A DNA stretch of 64,000 nt from the human T2T-CHM13v2.0 reference genome, Homo sapiens, in the NCBI RefSeq assembly GCF_009914755.1, contig NC_060927.1; one strand, given 5' to 3'. Shown here in pieces: positions 54,620 through 64,000 of this stretch. Position numbers and translations under genes: made by a program. The notes below the pieces were generated by a model, which did not search any database, was not told the origin of the DNA, and saw only the letters and a list, made by a program, of their open reading frames with translations. Every line of letters begins with the position of its first letter. Position 1 is the first letter of the stretch.

Positions 54620-56130
54620 TTTACGTAAACAACCAAGAGTGGGAAAATTTAATTGAAGTACATGTATATATGGAAAATAACCCATATCCAGAGTATATAA
54701 GGAACTTCCAATCAGTGGGAATAGAAAACAATCCAATAGAAAAATGAGCAAAAGACTTGAACAGACACTTCTCAAAAGATGGTATCCTAGTGGATAATAA
54801 ATCTATGAAAAGGTGCTTAAATTCATTAAAATCAACAGAAAAATGCAAACAAAAATTATTAAAATGATGAGGTGCCCATTCATAGTATAGGAAAGAAAAA
54901 AACTTCTCTACGTTTTTGGGCTCAGTGGCTGGGGCCTGTAAATTGAACTAAAAAAAGAAAGATTTAACAACAGAAAGCTTTACTTCATGTGTACATGGGA
55001 ACTTCACAGAAAAAAATGAAAGCCCAAAGAAGTGGTAGGACTTGAGAGCTTGTATATCATTTTAACAATGGGGAATAAATTGTGTTAAAGTGAGTAGACA
55101 AAGAAAAGGGGTTTGGGCTTTTAGGAGACATATAAATTGTGGGAAAGCAAATACACGAGAGAGAGAAGCTAATAGAATATGATGTTATTTTGTGAGGTGT
55201 GTTTATGCAGACTGTTTTTGGTGCTGGTGTTCCTTCTCCTATGAGTATTTCCCTCTTCCTGGTACAAGAGTGTGGAAGAGAGACACTTAAAAAAGGATAT
55301 TTATGCCTTGTTTTTAAGCATAAAGAAAGAGGGCAGAGAGTCCTCCTGTGTCTGCTGTTTCTCAATTGCCTTCAGCTCAAAATAATCCTCATGCCAAAGT
55401 GGCATAATTTGGGATGGCATATTGTGATCCCTTTCAATAACTGCCAGAAGAGCTAAAATGAAAAGACAGCAAATACCATGTATTGAAGAGAAGGTGGAGC
55501 AAAAGGAACTTTCAATCACTGCTGATGGGAATATAAATTTTTTCCCAACCACATGGAAAATTCTTTGTCAATATCTCTTGAATCTAGACCAAGCATATGC
55601 CATGACCTAGAAAATCCACTCATAGGCATATACCCAACAGAAATACATGCATGTATTCACAGAAGGCATGCTTTGGAATGTTCATTCTTTGGAATAACTT
55701 TGGAAAGTCCTACACATAGTGACTCCAAACTGGAAACTGTCCTTCCAGTGTAGGACTTTGGAAAGTCCTACACATAGTAACTCCAAACTGGAAACTGTCC
55801 AAATTCCCATACATTCAAATGTTATATGACCACATAAATCAGTGATTTACAACTCTAGGCAGAAACATGAATAAATGTCATAAGTAAAGTGTTGAGTAAA
55901 AGAGGCTAGTCCCCAAAAGACTACATATTCAATTCTTCTAGTTATTCAAAGCGCAGAAACAGAAAACTAACGTATAATATTAGAAGTAATATTTTTGAGG
56001 GAGTAATAATTAGAAGAGGGCAAGAAGGAAGCTCTGCCTTGTTTCTTTATTAAGATACTGGTTATATATTACGTTCAGTTGGTGAAAACTTATCAAGCTA
56101 CATTTATCATATGTGCACTTTTCTATATAT
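54620..56130 (+). mobile_element. L1ME-type ORF2 end and 3' UTR, interrupted by an ERV1 LTR
   Basis: aatccaatagaaaaatgagcaaaagacttgaacagacacttctcaaaaga; resumes after 55436 (atccactcataggcatatacccaacagaaat...catatgtgcacttttctata). Confidence 0.85.
54886..55436 (-). mobile_element. ERV1 solo LTR (MER34-like)
   Basis: Ends ttctcaattgccttcagctcaaaataatcctcatgccaaagtggcataatttgggatggcatattgtgatccctttCA, the reverse complement of the MER34-type 5' end; near-TSD atag/ataa. Confidence 0.8.
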
Positions 56131-56689
56131 CATTCTCCCTTTTCCCCCTGAAAAGATGTTCTGTAATTTGATTTTACTTGTTTTCACCTTGTTTTTCCAC
56201 ATCTCCTCACATCACCTCCCCATTCTTTTTACATTCCCATTATTATTATGACTCCTCTAAGCTTTGGGCTTCTGTAATCCAGAAGCCCAAGGAAACCTAT
56301 GCTAGAGCAAGCTTTTCTCTGTCCTCTGCTCTTCCAACCATGTTCTGCACATCCAGACACAGCTCCCTCTCTATCTCCAGTCCCTGGCCCCTACAAGCCA
56401 CTTTGCGGATTCCTGGACGTACCACCCACCAGGTATGTGGCTCTATTTGTGCTCCACAGTCTTCGAGCCTGCCTGACCCCAATGAATTTATGACATGAGT
56501 TTGCACAAAACTTTCGAGAAAAATTAAAAATGTAACTCATGATCCAATCAGCTATAACCAGAATGTAAACTTTTTTTTCACTTCAAAAGGCCTGAGTGGC
56601 CTGAGTTTTTCAACAGATAAATAGTATAGAAAGGGATGGTGTGGGATCAGTGGATTAAAAGGGTTTACAAGGAGTGTCAGAGTAATACA

Positions 56690-56975
56690 AATGGAATAAT
56701 TAAACTCTCATGTCTATGGATACACATTTAAATGATAAAACTATAAAAAATAAAGAGAAAACAATTACTATGCAGTCGGGATAACTTATTGGATATTTGG
56801 GGAAGGAAAGTGGTGATTGAAATGGAGCATATGGATGGAGCTTCCAGGGCAGGTGGGAAAATTTCTGTTTTCTTAAACCTGGGAATGGATACAAGGGTGT
56901 CTGCCATAGAAAAATTTACTAAACCTTGTGTTTATTTTGTGATTTCTATACCTGTGTTTTATTTTGCAAGTGTTA
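56690..56975 (+). mobile_element. L1MC/MD-type 3' end
   Basis: ggatacacatttaaatgataaaactataaaaaa...tctgttttcttaaacctgggaatggatacaagggtgt. Confidence 0.7.
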
Positions 56976-57860
56976 AAGAACTTTTTTAAATGGTAAAATT
57001 ATGACTTTCATAGAGGTATAAAATAAAGGTGTCAAAAATTTTATTGACATTCATTAATTAGACAAGCAGGAAAGCTGTTACAACTGGTTCAAAGGAGAAA
57101 TCAAAGAAGCACACACTTATATGGAATAAGGGAATATTGAAATAGATTTATAAATGGTTTGAAAAACTGCCTTCCACAGTGGAGGAGGGAAATCAATTAC
57201 AATTCTACCAGGCAAAATTTACTTTCCTGTCTACAGACAAGAATTATTTGTGTTACTATCCATTTCCTGCAAGTTAACCTTAGCTCTAGAGCATTGTCAA
57301 ATAACCTATTCATAGACAAAGGTACATATCCCTGTAGCATCAAATAATATTGGCACTTCCAGTATTGTATTGACACGATATCCAGTAATCTCTTTTCCCT
57401 ATTAAAAAGTCTGAATTTTCTTTATGAATAAAAAGATTTTTAAAATGAAGTAAAACAAATGTAACTCACATCATTTGCTACATTTCTACCTACCTCGTGC
57501 CCTTGGGTGCCTTTTCAGCTTCTAAACTGCAAGAATTGGGGTAAACTGCTAGGCTGTTAAGAATGTGGAGGGATGAACACAAACAATCACAAGATGATAG
57601 TTTTTAATGAGTTATATAATCCTATTGAATTAGTTAACTAATTCTTTTGTTTGTAAGCAATCACATTTAATCTTGACTCAGGCATAAATAAATATAAACA
57701 AAGCAATGATTTAAATATCTGAAAGACTACTGGTCCATCTCAGGTAACTGAAGAAGTTGGATAACCTCGCTTTTGAAAGAGCATGTACTAGGAAAGCTCA
57801 GGAAGCCTCTTTCCTTAGAACATACCCATTAGTGGGACTCAACTTCAAATACTAAAATTC

Positions 57861-58143
57861 ACCGGGCACAGTGGCTCACATCTGTAATTCCAGCACTTTG
57901 AGAGGCTGCGGCAGGTGGATCACGAGGTCAGGAGTTCAAGACCAGCCTAGCCAACATAGTGAAACTGTGTCTCTACTAAAAATACAAAAATTAGCCGGGC
58001 ATGGTGGCATGTGCCTGTAGTCCAGGAGGCTGAGGGAGGAGAATCCCTTGAACCCGGGAGGTATAGGTTGCAGTGAGCCAAGATCCCACTGCACCCCAGC
58101 TTGGGCAACCAACAGAGTGAGACTTCGTCTGAAAAAACGAAAC
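57861..58143 (+). mobile_element. AluS (AluSg-like)
   Basis: accgggcacagtggctcac...ggatcacgaggtcaggagttcaagaccagcct; aaattc on both flanks. Confidence 0.93.
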
Positions 58144-60199
58144 AAATTCTTCCAGTTTTTCCATTCTAGATTTCAGTGTCTTGGGAGATTGTATCTGCTT
58201 GGTTTACCTTTTCCCAGAAGGGAGAGGTGCTAGGTCATATGACGCAGAAAAGACCCTTTGAGGTCTCTTCCCTCTTCGGCTGTTTCCGGAGAAAGGCAAT
58301 TCAATGTGAGTTAAGGAGTTGACCCAAGAGTATTGTATCCACTATCTTGACTTTTCATCTCACTCTTTAAGCTAGATCTCAGTTGTTGAGAAAATTATAT
58401 CCCTGGTTTCAGACTTTGCCATTCCTTAATCTTAAGGAATTATAATTCTGTTTCTATTCCTTAATCCTATTTTCCACATGAATATTCTCTTTTAAAAGGA
58501 ATAACAACAATAAATCCCAGAGTTCCAGTTCCTTGACTGCCAGTACCAAATAGTAAATCTCCTCAAATATTTAGATGTATGTGGAATAAACAGGTTTACC
58601 TTATCAGTAAAGCCAGATGATACTCCCAAATAGCTCTATACTTTTGGTCCTCACAATTCTTAAAATTTCCTGTAGATTTATTTTTTAAATTTTCCCAGTC
58701 TTTTTATCTCTCTCCATCTATTTCCTTCCTCACTCCTTCCTTTTTTTCTTTCCTATTATCAAGGATTTCAGTGGCTACTATGAACTAGACAGTAGGCTAT
58801 GTGCTGAAAAAGGATGAAAAAGCCATAAAGTGGAGATGTCAATACCTCTTTAAGAATGATAGGCTACAAAGCTGATTAGCTGCATACTTGCATTCTTTGT
58901 CATCACTACCTGAAGGCAAAAGGCCTTTTTTTGGGAGCATGTGCTAAAGATAAAATTACTCTTCCTAGTTCCTTCTGGCAAATGGTCACCAAAAAACACA
59001 TTCAAGAGCCAATGTCTTTTGTGTGCAATACATAGGATATTAAAAGTTCAGGTAAACAAAGGTCAAAGATTATGCTAGTTGGAGTCTCAGGGTTTCCTGG
59101 TTCCTTAAAATTTAGTTAAGTTTGGGCCAATTTTTGGAAGTCCAAATCTCTTCTCAAATATTCTGTTATTTGTGCTCCTCTTAGGTGGGAATGGGAATTT
59201 TTGTTCTCTACCCTGGGGTTGACACAAATGTGGGACTTTCTTGATCCTCCCTCCTAAAGAACTACAGATCAAGAGCTTGTATTAGATTTTTAAGGGGCAT
59301 AGGGAAAGGTTATGTTTGATGTCATAGAGCAATGACTAAGGCATGTTAATAAAATTCCATTTAAAATGTATTTTTTTCCTACCTTCCCATTATCATGTAG
59401 TTTAGCAAGTCTAGCATCTTGCTTGCTCCTCCACAGGCCAAGGTAAAAGCCTGTGCTTATGATTTGTTGTGGTCTTGATTTCTACCAACCTATATGCCCA
59501 CAGGTTTGCATACTTTCTATCCCAGTGCTGGTATTTTCCCAAAGATATTTTCTTTCTTAGGTGGACTCTTGGCACCCACTTTTGTAGTACATTTTTGATG
59601 TTCATTATACTTAGGAAAAGTAGCCAAATCCCACTTTGGAGACAAGTGGTTTTGATCCTAGCTTATCTCCATTCTGCAAAAGCATCACCCTCACAAGACA
59701 TATCACAGGGAAACAGAGAAACCGAATTTGATTAAATAAGACCTGGCCCAAATTTTCTCAATGATTATTAAAACTATAGGATTCAGGATGCAGCAAGAAA
59801 AAATTGTTGAAAAGTGAAAGGCAGAGTCTCTATGTGGCTTTTTTCTTCATGTCCTCTAAAGAGTGATCTTATATCTTTTGCATTTCCAGTTACTGCCTTT
59901 TCTTGAAATACCCTCCTAGATGCCCTTCTCTGCCTAGAAACATTTTTCTTTATTCTTTGGATGTTTTTTCTTCATCGTGAGTAATCTTTAAAGAGTAGCT
60001 ACAGAAAGTTAATCACTGTCTACCTTGATTCCATCCAGCACTTCGTCTCTTTAATGAAGCAATAGTTCAAGGTAGTACAATTTGAGTTTGTGTGACTACT
60101 TTTCCTACTAGACTGAATTCTTTGATATTTGAGACTGAGCCTGGTTATACGATTTGTTCTGAAGCAAAGTATGTTTCTTAATGTGATTGGTAAATAAAG

Positions 60200-62838
60200 A
60201 AAATGATGTCAGAATAATAGGAAGCTGTGTTGATTCATATGTGAGTTTGCCCATCATGCTAATGTTTCGAAATTACCAGTATGTAAGCTTTCTTAAAATT
60301 AAAGAGGAAAATTTAGCAGTATATAACAATCTTAAGAAAGTGAAAAATCTTGCTGACATGCCTTCCTTTAGTGAAAGAAATGGTGGTTGATTTAGTGTCG
60401 TTAAGAACTGCACATTTTTCACTATGCCACATTTTTAGAAGAGACTGCAAATGCCAATGCAGATGTTGCAAAAGCATTTTCTCCTGTGATTTTTAAGAAA
60501 TGATGAATGTAAAAGCATACCATTGTATTGTAGTTTTAATTTTGATGAAACTGGCCTCTATTAGAAGCAAACATCTTTAAGGACCTACATCTGAGAAAAA
60601 GCACTACCTCCAATATATAGAGCTTGCAAAAGATAATAGGTTCCAATCATGGTAGAGATTTAATATTCCCGGTGTTTTTTTTTTAAGTTCTGGGATGCAC
60701 ATGCAGAATGTGCAGGTTTGTTACATAGGTATACATGTGCCACGGTGGTTTGCTGCACCCATGAACCAATCAACTACATTAGGTATTTCTTGTAATGCTA
60801 TCCCTCCCCTAGCCCCCAACCCACTGACAGGCCCTGGTGTGTGATGTTCCCCTCCCTGTGCCCATATGTTCTAATTGTTCAACTCCCACTTATGAATGAG
60901 AACATGTGGTATTTGGTTTTCTGTTCCTGTGTTAGTTTGCTGAGAATGATGGTTTCCAGCTTAATCCATGCCCTTGCAAAGAACCTGAACTCATTCTTTT
61001 TTTGTGGCTGCATAGTATCCCGTGGTGTATATGTGCCACATTTTCTTTATCCAGTCTATCATTGATGGGCATTTGAGTTGGTTCCAAGTCTTTGCAATTG
61101 TGAATAGTGCTGCAGTAAACATACATGTGCATGTGTCTTTATAGTAGAATGATTTATAACCTTTTTGGGTATATGCCCAGTAATGGGATTGCTGGGTCAA
61201 ATGGTATTTCTGGTTCTAGATCCTTGAGGAATTGCCATACTGTCTTCCACAATGGTTGAACCACAATGGTCCACCAACAGTGTAAATGCATTCCTATTTC
61301 TCCACATCCCCTCCAGCATCTGTTGTTTCCTGACTTTTTAATGATCTCCATTCTAACTGGTGTGAGATGATATCTCATTGTGGTTTTGATTTGCATTTCT
61401 CTAATCAGTGATGATGAGCTTTTTTTCATATGTTTGTTGGCCACATAAATGTCATCTTTTGAGAAGTGTCTGTTCATATCCTTTGCCCACTTTTTGATGG
61501 GGTTGTTTTTTTCTTGCAAATTTGTTTAAGTTCCTTGTAGATTATGGATATTAGCCCTTTGTCAGATGGATAGATTGCAAAAATTTTCTTTCATTCTACA
61601 GGTTGCCCGTTCACTCTGATGATAGTTTCTGTTGCTGTGCAGAAGCTCTTTAACTAGATCCCGTTTGTCAATTTTGGCTTTTGTTGCCATTGCTTTTGGT
61701 GTTTTAGTCATGAAATCTTTGCCCGTGCCTATGTTATAAATGATGTTGCCTAGGTTTCTTCTAGGGTTTTTATGGTTTTAGGTCTTAACGTTTAAGTCTT
61801 TAATCCATCTTGAGTTAATTTTTGTATAAGGTGTAAGGAAGGGATCCAGTTTCAGTTTTCTGTATGTGGCTAGCCAGTTTTCCCAACACCAATTATTAAA
61901 TAGGGAATCTTTTCCCCATTGCTTTTTTTGTCAGGTTTGTCAAAGATCAGATGGTTGTAGATGTGTGGTGTTATTTCTGAGGCCTCTGTTCTGTTCCACT
62001 GGTCTATATATCTGTTTTGGTACCAGTACCATGCTGTGTTGGTTAATTTAGCCTTGTGGTGTGGTTTGAAGTCAGGTAGCGTGATGCCTCCAGCTTTGTT
62101 CTTTTTGCTTAGGATTACCTTGGCTATGCGGGCTCTGTTTTGGTTCCATTTGAAATTTAAAGTAGTTTTTTCTAATTCTGTGAAGAAAGTCAATGGTAGC
62201 TTGATGGGGATAGCATTGAATCTATAAATTACTTTGGACAGTATGGCCATTTTCATGATATTGATTCTTCCTATCCAGGAGCATGGAATGTTTTTCCATT
62301 TGTTTTTGTCCTCTCTTATTTCCTTGAGCAGTGGTTTGTAGTTCTCCTTGAAGAGGTCCTTCCCATCCCTTGTAAGTTGTATTCCTAGGTGTTTTATTCT
62401 CTTTGTAGCAATTGTTAATGGGAGTTCACTCATGATTTGGCTGTTTGTCTATTATTGGTATATAGGAATGCTTGTGATTTTTGCACACTGATTTTGTATC
62501 CTGAGACTTTGCTGAAGTAGCTTACCAGCTTAAGGAGATTTTTGGCTGAGACGATGGGGTTTTCCAAATATACAATCAGGTCATCTGCAAACAGAGATAA
62601 TTTCACTTCCTCTCTTCCTATTTGAGTACCCTTTATTTCTTTCTCTTGACTGATTGCCCTTACTGCCAGTGTTTTTTAAATTAAAATTGTTATTTGTGTA
62701 TTAAAGTTTTAGTTCAAAGTTTCATAGGTTTTGATTGGCTTATTCCAAAGCAGGTTTTCCCCAAAAAACCTGTTATTTTTCCCATGTAGGTTACAACATT
62801 TTTCAAAGTATATTTGATATAATAGCAGAAATGCATGT
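60200..62838 (+). mobile_element. Tigger/pogo DNA transposon fossil (Tigger15a-like; pieces about 60200-60665 and 62665-62838), split by an L1PA
   Basis: FNFDETGLY* at 60535-60564 matches the pogo DDE-domain FNxDETGL motif; upstream IKEENLAVYNNLK and ETANANADVAKAF; terminus atagcagaaatgcatg-ta. Confidence 0.75.
60675..62660 (-). mobile_element. 5'-truncated LINE-1 (L1PA7/8-like), ORF2 C-terminal half plus 3' UTR
   Basis: ORFs 61870-62433 and 61154-61519 are L1 ORF2; 3' UTR ctatccctcccctagccccc...gacaggccctggtgtgtgatgttcccctccctgtg; diverged TSD tattcccggtgtttt / tactgccagtgtttt. Confidence 0.96.
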
Positions 62839-63069
62839 ATCTGCAATTTCTGGCAAGATTAAAGTTCTCAAAAATATTTACTAAATGGGAACAAATTATA
62901 ACTATTATTATTGTATTCCTTGAACATTTTTGTCTGAGCATCTCTTAGTCATAGCTGAACTCAACTTTTCACTGGTTTCTGAAATATTATCCACCTTGAC
63001 GGTCCCAATTTCCTTTTGAAATAAACCATTTCTGTTTCTTATTATGTTTTATTCTCTTCCCAGTCAAAA

Positions 63070-63178
63070 CTCTTAATTCCCTGTGAGTCTGTGTTTCCCA
63101 TTAGACTGAGTCATGTACCTGGTAAGCACTCCACAAATGCAAGTGGTTGAATGAAGGATTCAATGTTGAATGAATGTA
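63070..63178 (+). mobile_element. L2 3' terminus
   Basis: gtacctggtaagcactccacaaatgcaagtggttgaatgaa...tgttgaatgaatg. Confidence 0.55.
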
Positions 63179-63318
63179 TCACTTTCCAACCTAGAAATAG
63201 AGATAGAAAAATGGCAAGATTTATCCATCAACAACCTTCTATGGTCCTGCAGTGAAGCTTCTTCTAATAATGTCTAGAATTTATTTAGCAATAAATATGG
63301 GCTAATGTCTTATTATAA

Positions 63319-63645
<327 letters not shown>

Positions 63646-63649
63646 AATG

Positions 63650-63800
63650 TACTTTTATTATCCCCATTTCATAGACGAGGAAACCAAAACTGAAAGAGAT
63701 TAAAGTATTGCCCAATAACAACCAGCTAGATGACAGAGCTAGAGTTTAAATGTCTAGGAAGTCTGCCTTCAGAGCCTAGCCCTTAGCCAGCATGCTATAA
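63650..63800 (-). mobile_element. MIR
   Basis: tattatccccatttcatagacgaggaaacc...ttgcccaa...cagagctagagtttaaa...cttagccagcatgctata. Confidence 0.85.
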
Positions 63801-64000
63801 TACCTCCAAGTTACAACAAAATGATTTCACTGTCAATGTAATGCAAAGGTACATGCATGTGTTTGTATGCACAAGTGTGTGAATGCTGTGTTTCATCATA
63901 ACTGAAGATATTAAAGGATCCATTACTCCAGTATGCTGTCGTCATTGAATGTAACTGAAGACTCCCTCTATGGAAGAACTAGAAGATGTATTTTAACTAT

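Noticed and set aside
60932-62433. 187-aa and neighbouring ORFs
   Set aside because: Broken L1PA ORF2 C-terminus.
63830-64000. Possible second pogo-like motif (NVTEDSLY)
   Set aside because: Similarity too weak and cut off by the window edge.

Overview
AT-rich (roughly 38-40% GC by eye), CpG-depleted primate genomic DNA, most likely human, from an intergenic or deep-intronic region. I find no intact protein-coding gene, RNA gene, CpG island or CRISPR array. The ORF track is explained by decayed LINE-1 ORF1/ORF2, Alu, LTR and microsatellite translations or by chance. A large part of the window is transposon fossils: two 5'-truncated L1PA elements (2.3-4.8 kb, +; 60.7-62.7 kb, -), a 4.7-kb 3'-truncated L1M (43.1-47.8 kb, -), six Alus, many MIR/L2/MLT/MST/ERVL LTRs, hAT and Tigger DNA-transposon remnants, and a CR1/L3 fragment. 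Subfamily names come from recalled consensus features and need RepeatMasker/Dfam confirmation. The most notable sequence-level observations are: (i) an L1MA insertion whose 14-bp TSD also brackets about 120 bp of extra DNA, a probable 3' transduction, which duplicated an AP-1 site and created a perfect NRF2/MAF ARE at its junction; (ii) a compact minisatellite/G4/H-DNA/Z-DNA cassette at 19.5 kb; (iii) repeat-free candidate regulatory or non-coding-exon blocks at about 7.9 and 16.5 kb; (iv) a closely spaced inverted Alu pair; (v) several template-switch micro-duplications. I cannot support a claim of a wholly new biological system.
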